A stretch of DNA of 64,000 nucleotides from Takakia lepidozioides (lineage: Eukaryota > Plantae > Bryophyta): NCBI GenBank assembly GCA_030704615.1, contig CM060731.1, positions 76,694,001 to 76,758,000 of the forward strand, in the 5' to 3' direction. Each line of letters starts with the position of its first letter. Position 1 is the first letter of the stretch. Of this stretch, positions 1-12,300 are shown one piece after another. A program made the translations under genes and the position numbers. The notes under the pieces were generated by a model. That model was given only the letters and a program-made list of their open reading frames with translations. It searched no databases and was not told the DNA's origin.

Positions 1-1500
1 GCTGTAGGCCTTTTTAGGGGTTAACTACATAGTCGGAAAATAGTGTAGTGGCAAAACATACAAATGGACAATGCCAAGTCTTTGATTGAATGAGTAAATT
101 CATCTTCCGCTAGGTTAGTGAAAACTTGACTATGGACTAAGTAACCGGCGAGAAGCCCCTAGTTACTGGGAATAGTCGGTGCATTAGCGGCGAGACTGTT
201 CCTAGTAACCAGGGGCTTGGAGCCGGTTACTTGACATAACCAGCTATGGGGGATGGCAAGCCTTTCCGGTTACTCACGAGGTTATGAAGGGTTTAGACCG
301 ATTCAGCCGGTTTAATCTAGGAGGTACCTGGTTGCACGGTAGGTAGGTCTTGCAAAGGTTCTAAGGTTTCAGGATTTTTCTTCATATTTCTTTAGGTTGT
401 GGCAGTTTAGTGTCAAGGAAGAGCCAAACTCAGCTTGAGTTTCTTTATGATTTTAGTCCTACAACGTTGGCTCATTCTTTAGCAGTGTTTTTCTACGACG
501 TTCAGAATCGTGATGGTACTCCTATGTCTACCACGAAATTGTTCTTTCAGTTTTGCATTCTGTTTTTGGTACGTTCGGAGAGTTCTATTTTGCACTATTG
601 ATGATGATAGGGACTCGGCGAACAAGATCTTCAAGACTGAAGAATGAGGAAGCCGTATCTGCATTGGATAATGCTTTACTAGAGACCTAGCTTCGAGCTC
701 TTGCCGCCATCTCCATGGACTCCTGCGTCCTCTATCGAGAACTCCAGAGTGAAGAATAAGCGTTGTATCAAGGGCTTTTGTAGATGTTAGTCGTCCGTCT
801 ACAGAGTCTTCTGTTCTATAGGCACCGTTTACACCAAAAGCTTGTTGGTGGTGGAGTTGTGCAGCACGTTATTGATTCTGGGAGAAGATTAGATAAGATA
901 ATCGTGGCAGTTTATTTCTTCTGGCGCAGCCATTAGCTATTAGGAATGATGAGGGCTTTCCTTTCAGATCTAGTAATCCTTTTCAAGGTTTTCTCTAATT
1001 TTAGTGGAGGCATGTTGAATCTGTTTCACTTCTCTGCTGTGGATCCAATCGCAGTTGCTAGAGATGTTTTACGCTAGGGTGATGTTGCCAAAGGGCAGTG
1101 ATCTTTTGGTGTGACTTTCATGAGAAAAAAACAATAATAAAACAAAAACAAAGTTGTACACAATGTACAACGAGTTAAAAAGCTTTCTCTCGTGTATCAA
1201 TGAATGAATAGTTGTGGTATCTGGGAATGTTGATGAAATCTAAATGAAATATTGATATTCTATCTGGACCAATGTGGATGAATGAATCTTTCTGTCCATG
1301 TACACAATTAGTTATGGATGATTTCTGTCCATGTACAGAGCTGGTTATGAATAATCTGTCCATGAAGAGGAGTTTCTGCGGACGGAGTAGGTACGAAACT
1401 GAAAAGTAGATAGATGGTTATGGGAAGTAACTTGTGAGTGGAGAACCAATGAGAATGCAGGAAAGTAGCTAGCCATTCCCTACAGCTGGTTTGTGAAGCC

Positions 1501-2043
1501 TGATTCTGGAGCTATGGGTTTATTCCCCTTCCTCTACCGGACAAAGCTCTATAAGGGGGATGTAGTCGATAGAGGGTTTGGCAGAGAAGACGGAATCTCA
1601 CTAAGAGGACGCAACAGACTCAAACATCCAAAAACATTCATAAGCCACTTAAGCACACCATTGCGCTCAGTACTCACACACGTAAGATGAAATCCACCAC
1701 CCTTCTTGCCACGGCAGAGGGGTTTAAATAGTATTAGGGCATAATCTAATCCTAGCGCCACGTGGCACATACACATAGGCTTTCCAAATGTTGTTCCAGC
1801 CTGACCATAGAAAGAAGCCACATCACCCAGTTCCATCCTAATCTGATCCTAAACTAGCTATTAGAATAAGACATTATATAATAAAGCCATAAGTTGTTGC
1901 CAGGTCATCCTCATGCGCAAGGTGTAAGTTCATCCAAACTTCATCCCGGTTCCGTCCATCCCTAAATCATCTGGAGCGCATCCTTCCTCCGTTCATCCAA
2001 GTCGAAAAAGCAGGTGAGGAGGGATCCCAGCTCCATATATATG
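1501..2043 (-). mobile_element. LTR copy (solo LTR or 3' LTR) of the family whose 5' LTR is at 29789-30316
   Basis: Direct repeat of 29789-~30316 over ~510 bp with scattered mismatches; starts TGATT on +; AAGCC lies at both 1496-1500 and 2044-2048 (candidate 5-bp TSD). Right boundary uncertain (2012-2044). Confidence 0.75.
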
Positions 2044-2338
2044 AAGCCTGTTGGGGCCACTAGAAACTGCGAGCTCCTACGAGCGATGAGCTCAGGAAGA
2101 ACAAAAAAAAAAAAAAAAACCTAGCCAAAACAAACTACACATCCGGCACACAAGTGATGAAAAAACCTAGGGAAGAAAACCTCACCCTGCAAGCTGGGTG
2201 GAGGACAATACATCCCATAGGAAAAACCCCAAGTGCTACAAATGGTACAGAAAACTAGCACGAAATGGAAAACTACGCTAAAGAAGAAGATGCCAGGGCC
2301 TGATCACGAGCTAGCCGAGCTGTAGGGGTAAAAATCAC

Positions 2339-3019
2339 CTAGCGGTTCTCAACATTCAAACATGTTAGATCAAAATAAAGAGTGCATGGAACAAGCAATG
2401 AAACATGAATGGAGCTAGCTAAGTGAGGAGTAGAAGCATGCTGGGGAAGCAAGACATATTGTATGCCAGGAAGAATATCAGAAATCGGGTAAGGGCCATC
2501 AATCTGACGCTTGGTTTTAGATACCTGCTTAACAGGTTGGAGCCTTACATAAACGGACTGGCCTACCTTGAATGACTCAGAATACACAACACGCCTGTTG
2601 TAATTCTTGGCCTGAGCAGCTTGGGCAAACACAATGTTAGACTTAGCTGTTTCGCGCAAACTACGTCGTCTAGCATCCATTGAAAGCAAAAATACTTCCC
2701 AATTTTCAGGCTCAGTTGCGGAGACCTGCAGCCAGGAGATATGCAAAGGAGTTCTACATTTCCTACCATACAAAAGTTCAAAAGGAGAAATTTTGGTACT
2801 GGCATGAATAGAGGTCCTATAGGCAAACAGCAGGATAGGCACAACAATGTCCCATTCATCTATGAGTGACCCATTTTTCTCAAGCATCTAGCATATTGTC
2901 TTGTTAAAACGTTCAGTCAAGCCATTGCACTGTGGGTTAGAAGGCGCAATCACAGCATGTTTAGTGTTTAGATTGAACAACACAATCTCCATAAGCTGGT
3001 TGCAGAATTCTGTACCTTG
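2339..3019 (-). pseudogene. Ty3/Gypsy integrase, C-terminal half, truncated by the CACTA insertion
   Basis: Minus strand reads QGTEFCN...PQCNGLTERFNKTI*MLEK...WDIVVPILLFAYRTSIHASTKISPFELLYG...GPY (rve core end plus GPY/F motif); in-frame stop near 2888; breaks exactly at the CACTA terminus. Confidence 0.85.
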
Positions 3020-5429
3020 CACTACAACAGATCACGCGCTTTAACATCTGCCACATTTGCCCAGTCGTAGTATATATGTCTACAAAATGCAAGGGGACAG
3101 TTCTGGTTGCCATTTGTGACCACCATAAGTCGTATATGCCACCTTGTACCTCCGCCACGTCAGGATCCGCGGTCAAACACGTTTGACCAGATAGGGGAAG
3201 ATGGTAGATACGACTAGGAGTCATGGCCAAAACTGCAACAGGATGACGTGGGCATGGGAATGTATGACTGCCAGTATTCACAACTGCACGTGGCGATTGT
3301 CGGTTGCCCAAGGAGTGTCTATGTGGACGATACAAACATAAATGGATGAAACAGATGCAGGATGTGATTGCAAATGATGACGTGTCAATCTATCATTGCT
3401 CGCAGGGTTGGACATTCAAATGCATTGGATGCAAGTGCATCTAACGGCTGCACATGATGCATGTTACTAACGCGTGGGCTTGGTGGAGAACAGAGACAAG
3501 TCCCGAACATGCATATGAGAGGCGACCATGCACGTTCTATGATGGTTGAAGCGGTTGCACTGCATTTTTCGAAAATCGGCAACACAATTGAAAGACAAAG
3601 GCTTGAGAGAAGACGAAACGATGCATTCAATGGATACGCACCCTGGTGCAAAACACCGGCCACTCATTCACATTCACAGTGATGCAAAATATGTGTAGAC
3701 AAAAAGACCCAGCGGGTAGTTCAGGGCACCCAAAAACGAGCGGCGTTCGCTATACCGCAATCTGCAAATGCACTGGCCTACTCAGAATCATGGCACATTG
3801 TGTGCGCAATGACTCTCAGTAAATTCACCTATGCATTTGATCCTCTTAGTGGTCTCTATCATATGTAAGGTTTTAGAGATTCAGTCTTCAATGTGCATGC
3901 GGAAGAAGCATGTACGCATCAAAGTTGGAAACAGTCAGTAGCTAGAGAAACAGAATACATCTCTTAATGTCAACGATTCACCCAATGCTACTCCTTCGAC
4001 CAAGTGCATCTTAATTTCTACCGATTCCTGCTATCCTAGTTGCAAGTGCTGGGATAGGAGAATACATAATGCCTTCACACACAAGAGTAGCAACAAACTT
4101 CATGACTGACATCCTGTCACAAGTCCTCTACAGGGAGAACCCAATTGGACAGGGAAGCTTAGTGATATGGTACCACGCCGCGTAGCCATATAGGTAGGGG
4201 TACCGACGCCCATAGGCGTCCAGCCTTTTGCTGCAAGCAGATAGGCAGAAAAATTGAGGCACGGCCTCCCTTCTGTGAATGCCGCTGGTTCCAAGCCAGT
4301 GAAGCACAATTAAACAAGCCTCTTCCGCATGACGGCTAATTGGCTGTGCTTCTGCCTGCTCTGCAGCATACTGAATTGTCTGCTCCCTCCGAAGGCGCTG
4401 CGGTGCCATTGAGCTGTGTGTGCAGTTCTCCTGAAGCGGGATCGCATGGTAGTCGTGTGATGATGGGGCGAGTTGGCCCACAACGATGACCACAGCAAAT
4501 GCGTTCGCATGCTAACCGTGTGATGCAAGGGCGACTTGCCAAACGACAAAGTGAACAGGGACGACGTAGACACTGCAAAGAAGCAAGAGCGATGAAGAGC
4601 GAGCAAGAGCAAACAGAATGAAAGGCAAGTGGAGCGAAGTGGAGATATAATCTGCGCTCCCGCCAACCTGCTTCCCGCCAAATTCAAATGCAGTGGCGAA
4701 ATGGGGGCACCGTTGCAAGCCTGACTATCAATGCATCATCAAACTGCCGTGGACTACAAGTTTAGGGGGGTGGGAAACACAAGGGAGAAAATTCTGAGGC
4801 AGGCTAACCGTCTGCCAGCCTTCCTGACAAGGCAAACTGACCACCTTGCATGTCCACGATTCCGTGTTTAGGCCACAAAATAGGCTACTGGTTACAAGCC
4901 TAACGCTGGATTACAGCTAGTGTTCGTCATGGGTATGGCTTGTGCGCAAAGACGAATTACGACTATGTGAGTGTAGCATGCATGATGCAGCAAAGTAAGA
5001 AATTGCAGATTGCTTCTTGTGAAAATTGAAGTGGAGTGGGTACTTCTGCAAAGCCTCCATACTGGTGGCATCGTGACATGGAAACATCACCCGACAAAAA
5101 TGAGGGGAATGGGTAAGGGTTATTCTTAGCAATAGCACAAAATAGCACAAGCCATGGTGGTGGCTCTGCCAGAAGTTCAAACCAACATTAACAGTCATGG
5201 TAAAGGCGTGCTAGTCATAGTGCAACCTGCAAGAAATCTTAGCCCCTCTACACTACAGGTGAACTTCACTACCACCCATGGACCTCTTGAAATCTGGATA
5301 GTAGTGAACAAGCATGATGTCCTAAATGCATTACACATCGACGTCAGGCAGCTCGTCCTCACTGTCATCTTCTTCCTCATCGGTGTTGTCATTCTCCACC
5401 ACAATGGGTGCCTCGTTGCGAACATCCCT

Positions 5430-6803
5430 GTATAGTGAGGCAAGAACTACGGGAGTCACTTCAATAGTCTGGCCCAAATTTGGGCCTGCAACATGTGTCT
5501 CTTCGACTCGTTCAGGGGCTAAGAGGCCTTCCACACTACGAAGACATCGTTACCAATTGACACATCACAAACCACCCAAGAAGATCTGGGGCTTTTCTCA
5601 AGGACCACATTCCACCAAGGTTCATGAACACAAGTGCTGAAAATACCTGCTCCACTTGTGACGGCAGCACAAATGGTTGCTCTTGTGGAGCCAACATTTG
5701 GGAGAAATTCACCAATGTGAACCCACAATCATCCTGCTTCATGGATGCCGGCTGATTGCGGCTCCCCTTCTTTACCCGAACCCACGAACACAACATCACA
5801 ATGGACCTTGTCTTCCCATAGTCAATTTCCAGTATCTCCCTAATGACACCCCACGTATCGCAGGCTTTCTACCACCTCCTCTCCTGCACTGTTTGTAGAT
5901 ACATGGTGGAAAATAGATGACACCCCTGAGTCATATGACACTCTACTTATGCCAATATTGGTTGAAGACACCCTGTAGTGGTTTCCATAAGCTGACATGC
6001 TATTGTATGAAGCTGCAATGATCGAGGGAGGCATGGACAAGTCTAACATTTTGGCAATACATGGGATCAGATTGGGAATTGGGAATCCTTGCCACATGTG
6101 AGCGCACAGCATCAACCAGCCAGTCTACATATTTGGGAGGAAGAGCCAAGTCAGGTGGGTACTCATAGTCCTCCCCATGAGCTGCCCTCCCTTCAACACG
6201 TTCTTCCTGCAGAAACAACCAGTGACTTGCCTCCACACGTGCTCGAATTGTTTCATACATCCTGACATATATGAATGTGTCCCTCCCGTGAGAACCAACA
6301 CGTGCACATAATGCAATTATATGACAACCAGCAACTACAAACAGGCATAAACATCAACAATGAACTGTTGCATTGTCACCTTCGTTAATGAGTTTCTCAC
6401 TTACTCGAACATGGTGCGCATGCTAGGATATTTTTCAATGATGTACTGGTGGAGAACAAAACACAGATCTACCGTGAATTTGCGAGGTTTCCCTGCTCCT
6501 TCCAACACACAGCCAGACACGGATTCCTCCTCTCCTGCATCCCACACTCTCCATCTAGTAGCATCAAAACTGGCCATGTACTCTGTGCAAAAGCCAAGAG
6601 CCTCCTCAAACATATAGCCCTCAGCCATATTGCCTTCGAGCTTTGCCATGTTGCGAATGTACCCTTTGAAATCCTTCATAGCCCGCTCCACAGGGTACAT
6701 CCACCGGGAGGTCACAGGGCCACACAAATCCAGCTCGTCAACTAGGTGAATAAGCAAATGCGTCATTATATCCAAAAAAAAAGGGTGGGAACTCTTTTTC
6801 AAG
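5430..6803 (-). pseudogene. CACTA transposase (TnpD-like), C-terminal part (DUF4218/DUF4216-like)
   Basis: LEKEFPP..DIMTHLLIHLVDELDLCGPVTSRWMYPVER...AEGY; downstream YGNHYRV...YDSGV and EQPFVLPSQVEQVF motifs; frameshifted. Confidence 0.85.
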
Positions 6804-7183
6804 GAGGTAGAGTGTGACAATCACCTTGTCGTGCACCTAATCATCGTGCCACAACATACATCGCTGTCCACCATACATTCTAAGCACACAATCCTAGAAA
6901 GCTATGCCACAATCGCCCCCCTAGCTGGTGATTAGGTCCTTCTAACACCGGATAGCTGACAAGTATTTATCTCAGTAAAATCATCGCTTGGTCTTCAATC
7001 GCACATGTCCCAGTATCTAAAGTCAATAGATCCAGAGGCCGGGTGCAAAAGTAGCCCCATCGTTACTCACCTTCCTGCAATCCATGATCTTCGATTAAGT
7101 ATCCATGGCGTTGAACTCCCATCAGCTAGACCTTGGATAACTTGTCAATTCCACCATTGTCATGCCCACTACCTATGTCCAAG

Positions 7184-7318
7184 GCATCGTGGACACAACC
7201 ATTCTCCACTAGGAACCTCCTCAAGTGGCGGTGTCAAGCATCCCATGTGCCACCCCCTCGAGCATTTGTCACACACCAACATGGCCGCGGCACCACCAGC
7301 ATGCCCACATAGCATGCA
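7184..7318 (-). other. PHD finger at the integrase C-terminus
   Basis: CMLC-x11-CDKC-x4-H-x2-C-x14-CPRC with PPLEEVPSGEW: canonical C4HC3 PHD pattern, in frame with the integrase tail (ORF 7169-7798). Confidence 0.92.
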
Positions 7319-8462
7319 ACGCAACCCTGCAGGTACCACTGCAAGGTTGGGATCTATTCTCCCATCCACATGTGGAAGGTGACATGGCGCACAATTGCGC
7401 ACATGGTCCTTCCATACCATGCCATCTCGACCCTCCAGAATCAACACTCCTGAAGGCAACACCTCCCGGACCCTTAGAATCACACGCCTTGCTGTGACAT
7501 CCAAAGTCGTAGGCGCTGTCTGCTGCAGATACACATAGTCCCCAGGGTGGAAACGCCGAACACCTGGCCGATATCCCCCTCCACGTATAGTGGCGTACAT
7601 CAATGTGTCTCGGTGTTGGGCAATAACAAGGTTCTCAAAAGCCATAGGCATGACTCTCTTGAACAACTCTGTCCGCTGGGCACATGCTTGTGTCCACACA
7701 TCCGGATCATCAAGGTTGAGAACTACTGCAGTCTCCCTGCGAATAGATGCAGTCAAATCTGGCTCTCGGCCAAAGGAAATACGGCGAGAATGAGGCAAGT
7801 GATGCTTGTTTGCTAAACCTGTAGCCCATGGCCAACCAAGGTAGCTGAAGGTCCCAATCTCCTAAGTGTCCCTTCTGCAAGCCATATTTGCGCAAGCCTC
7901 GCTTGATTGTTTGTACAACCCTCTCTGCCAGGCCATCAGCCTAGGGATGATCCCGAGAAGTAGTGCGGTGATCTATCAAGGCTTGCTCACACAAAGCCTG
8001 AAACTCCCCCAAGAACTCTCTCCCCTGGTCCGTGAGTACCTCGGCTGGAGCACCAAATTGGCTAAGCACTTGATCTAAGAATGCATACGCAACCCCCTCA
8101 CTTGCCTTGTCAGGCAATGCCACCAGTTCAATCCACTTGGAGAAATGTTCCACCATCACCAGCACATACTTGTTATGACGAATCGTTAGTGGCAATGGGC
8201 CTGCGAAGTCAAGACTCCAACGATAGCCCAAACCCATAATGGGTAAATGATGCAATTGTGGAGTAGATGCATTGAAAGAAGCTCGCACTCTATCACATAC
8301 CATGCACCTTGCCACTAACTGTTGCACATCTGTGTGCATGCCCCGCCACCAGTACTGTCCTTGCAGCAAACTATGAGTGCGCCGCATCCCAAAATGTTCC
8401 AACTCCTCATGGGCATGGCGTACCAATCGCGCTCGTTGTGTTGGATGAGGCACAATCCTCAC
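7319..8462 (-). pseudogene. Gypsy integrase (HHCC plus DDE core)
   Basis: HAHEELEHFG...CMVC; WSLDFAGP; VLTDQGREF; WDLQLPWLAMGYR; disrupted by stops and frameshifts. Confidence 0.92.
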
Positions 8463-8519
8463 TCGTCCATCCTCCCATACTCGGAGTAGGTGAGTCCCCT
8501 CCCATTTGAACCTATTGGC

Positions 8520-10930
8520 TCATTGTAGGATCCGATCTCTCTCCTTAGCAGTCACACTGGCTGCTGTCTCTCTAGTACGAAGGTAAGCCAACACTGCTGC
8601 ATCTTCATGCACATCCTTAGCACCACCAAGCTTCTCACTGATTTTCGGATCGTCATGCACACCATCTACATGACCAATGCTATGGGATGGACCAGCTTGA
8701 GCTCTCATTGCTAGGATTGCATGCCAGGCACCAGATGCATGCCATCCTGGCACCATCTCCTCATCCGTCTCACCATGCCACCGAGCTCCAGTATCATCAT
8801 GCTTGCTCGTGCATGGATTACGACTCAATCTATCTGCATCCCGATTGACAATACCGGCTCGATGCACCACCTGAAAGTCATATTCTTGAAGCATAAGTGT
8901 CCACCATGCAAGCTTCCCTTTAAGCTTGTCTGACTCCATCAACCACTTCAATGGTTGGTGATCCGTGACAAGGGTGAAGAGATTGCCATAGAGGTAGCAT
9001 GTGAAATGTGTCACTCCCCATACCACAGCTAGACACTCCCCTTCATAGGACATGTACTTCGCCTCGACATCATTGTTTGAGCGGCTAGCATATGCCACTA
9101 CGAACTCTCTTCCCTCATTATCCATCTGTGTGAGCACTGCTCCAATCCCCAGCATACTCCAATCCGTATGTAGCTAGAAAGGCCGCCCCCGAATAGGCCG
9201 CCTCAGAATAGGTGCAGAAGTCAATCGAGCCTTGAGTTCCTAAAAGGCTTCCTCTTGCTCCTCCTCCCACTGCCACTCCTGACCCACCTTGGTTAACTTA
9301 GTAAGAGCCTTTGCAATGTTGCTAAATCCCTTGACAAACCGTCGATAGTAGTTTGCCAACCCCATGAAAGCACGAACTCTGCTAACATCTATAGGGCGTG
9401 GAATGCGTGCAATGGCCTCCACCTTCATCTTTTGAACACCCAATCCTCCAGGGTATATCATGTGGCCTAGATACTCAATCTGGTTGTGGAAGAACTTGCA
9501 CTTCCCTAGGTGCAATTTCAACCCATGCGCTCTCAAGCGATCAAACACCACCTGAAGGTGTCTGTCATGCTCCTCAACCGTAGCACTAAAGACGATGATA
9601 TCATCAATGTAACACCGGGCAAAGTCTAGCCCCGCGAGAATCCTATCCATAACCCTCTGAAACTCTGCAGGAGCATTCTTCAACCCAAACGGTAGGAAGC
9701 GCCATTGGTACAAGCAATCCTTCCCATATTGGTCAATCCCCCAGAATGTCGTCTTTTGCTTGTCAGCCTCTTTGACTGGCAACTGGTGGTAACCGGATCA
9801 TAAGTCCAATGTGCTAAACACCTTCGCATGCCCAATGGCATCAAAGATTTCCTCTGGAGTTGGCATGACATATCTATCGAACTTAGTTTGACGGTTCACA
9901 TGACGATAGTCCCCACACATCCTTCTTTCTGTCCAATTGCCATAGATATCCTTCTTAGCTGGCATCACTGTTGCCGAGGCATACTCCCCGCCTAATAACT
10001 CCACCAATCCAGCTTCGAACAACTCCATAGTCCGTGACTGGATCAATGACCTCTCCATGTCACTATACCGGTAGGGCCTTCGAAATATTGGCGTGTGGGC
10101 AGTTGCAGGGTTGAGTGGACAAAAAACGGCAGATCCTGCTCCATGAAAGTCCATGACCAAAAAACAAAAGTTGATGATACTATCCCAATGTTTTTTTTAA
10201 TGATAGATAATGGTATACTGAACATATTTAGTAAAGAGTCCTACCCCAAATATTAAAGATATAATTCATTAAATATTTTAGTCTATTATTTAGAGAAATT
10301 ATGAAAAACTAAAAATTAGAGTTTACAAAAACATTTCAATATGACACCTAGCCATTGAAGATTATAGGTTTTTATACTTATAGAAAAACAATGACACCCA
10401 AAATCCACAAAACAAGATGAGCTATGGACTTTTCAAAAAACGCCTATTTTTTTGACATATATTAGTCCATATGAGTCAAATGACAAATGATTTTGCCACT
10501 TCAAATACATACCTATGATGTGGACCAAAATGGCCACCTTATGTCCAAATTTCAATGGAATTCACCAATGGCACATAGGAAAACTTGAGTCCATTGTAAT
10601 TCCATTCATTGCGGTAACAGTCCACAATGACGGTGTTCAAAAGTCCATAGCGGAGTCATTTCTTATCGGATTCATGATTGGAGAGTTGCTATGGGTGCGT
10701 ATTGAAGCTAGGAATCCAATGACATATATATTTTCTGGTTTTAATGAGTTAATTCAATTTCAATTGATGACACCATCAATTGCAGTCATCTAAAACTGTG
10801 CTGGTAACGTCCATTCTGGCCAGCCAACCCTGCGTTCACCCGTGTCACTTGCCAAATCAATACGAATCTCCTGACCCTTCAAACTCCCCAAATCCTTCAA
10901 ACCGAAGGCAAAGCAATTTCTATAAGCCCT
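8520..10930 (-). pseudogene. Gypsy reverse transcriptase and RNase H (interrupted by a MITE-like insert)
   Basis: RMCGDYR, FSTLDL, LPFGLKNAPAEFQR, CYIDDII, VRAFMGLANYYRRFV; RNase H GAVL...AYASR...EGECLAVVW...TDHQPL...DADRLSR. Confidence 0.93.
10097..10841. mobile_element. Non-autonomous TIR DNA transposon (MITE-like) inserted in RT
   Basis: AT-rich non-coding block; imperfect ~28-bp TIRs (GGGCAGTTGCAGGGTTGAGTGG vs revcomp GGGTGAACGCAGGGTTGGCTGG); GTGT (or CGTGT) duplicated on both sides; removal restores ...DLASDTPIFRRPYRYS. Confidence 0.85.
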
Positions 10931-11439
10931 TAGAAATCGCTGAATCCTCCGTCTCTCTCCTCCGGTGACTGTAGGTCCAACATCTGGTTCCCAATTGTCC
11001 TCAGTGATTGCAATCTTGGGTACATCAGGCTTGGAGATAGGAGACACATCCTTTGGTTGCTAGATAGTAACCTCTTGGGCCTTGTCCGCCCAATCTGACT
11101 GTGGCGTAGCCTCCACTTGCTCTGCCATAACCACCTTGAGAACATCCTCTGGGGAAGAAACATTCTCAACCTCTTCAAAAACATTGGCCACCTTGGCCTC
11201 CAACTGATCCTCAGTGTATGGCTCTCCCCACTCCTCATACTGCTGCTTGAGATATCCAAGGACTCTCTCTTTCCGCATCTCATCCCACATCTGCCATAGG
11301 TGTTTGCACCCCATGATCCTGTGCTCGCCCCCACTCACTGCCTCAACCGTCCCGGTTGGCAGAGGGGATACAATACCAAATGGGAGTGCAGAAGTAGCCA
11401 CCACTGTCTGCAACCTCCGTTGCTCAGCCATGCACAAGC

Positions 11440-12300
11440 CAATGACCCATGTCAAGCAATTTAGATCCATTGCTTGACCCAACACATGTCGGCGTGATGC
11501 CTCTGACAGAGCTGACACAGCTGTAGTGCCCGTGGCAAATTCCATTGCCCGCTCTCGCTCATCTGCATTGGACTCCACCAATTGTTGTAGCACTCTGTCC
11601 CAAATCAACCCAGGACCATTGTCTCAAAAAGCATGAAGCAAGAAAAAGCTCATGAGCGTAGGCAAGGCCGTACGTGGCTGCCCCACTCGATTTACCACTG
11701 CTAGAGGTGGATGGTCATCATGTCGCACCCTCTGTGGTTGCCTCCCTTGGTCCACCACAATTGAGGTCGATGCACTCGTGATCCCACCGCTGCTGCATCC
11801 AATAGCACCGCCGATCTAATCCAAGACCGCACTTGATACACACTGGCCATAACCCTGGCCCGAGAGTCCCCATAAGAGGAACATTCTCCAAGATATAGGC
11901 TAGAGGTTGCACTTGCCTCGTCTGCAAGTCACGCAACACTCTCAACATCTCCCAAAACAAATGCGATCGTGCATCATGCAAGCCGTTCCCATGACCTGCG
12001 GGAGAGTGTCCTTGGCAAGGCCATCCAACTATCACCAAGTCAATGGCACCATGCCGGTCCAAATCATCCGCCCCCAGCAAGGTAATGTCTGCTGGCAAAG
12101 CCTTTTGATACCCTTGAATTGCTGAGAGAAGCAACAACTCAGGATACCGGTGTGTGAGCAAGGCGATGTGGCGCATAGAAATACACCGAGCTATCTCATC
12201 CTTCTCCACATACAAGTACTTGCATACTTTAATCCCAGCTTGCAACACTCCTGCAAGCCCAGTGCTCATACCTCCAAACAGATCTAGCAAACAAATCCCC
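11440..12300 (-). pseudogene. Dnmt3-like C5 cytosine DNA methyltransferase domain within the retrotransposon pol
   Basis: Motif I LLDLFGGMSTG, II YVEKD, IV IDLVIVGWPCQGHS (PCQ at 12012-12020), VI YILENVP; after a frameshift VIII LDAAAVGSRVHRPQLWW; IX/X ERERAMEFATGTT...SEASRRHVLGQAMD. Unpermuted motif order. Confidence 0.92.

Noticed and set aside
397-1100. Degenerate coding-like stretch (LAVFFYDVQNRDGTP) faintly recalling Crypton/DUF3504 proteins
   Set aside because: Too short and interrupted; no catalytic residues identifiable.
3100-5150. Second CACTA gene (TnpA-like)
   Set aside because: Only short ORFs with no motif I can recognise.
11440-12300. Bacterial restriction-modification methyltransferase or contamination
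   Set aside because: Domain is collinear within a Gypsy pol nested in plant transposons; motifs VIII-X look Dnmt3-like; no endonuclease nearby.
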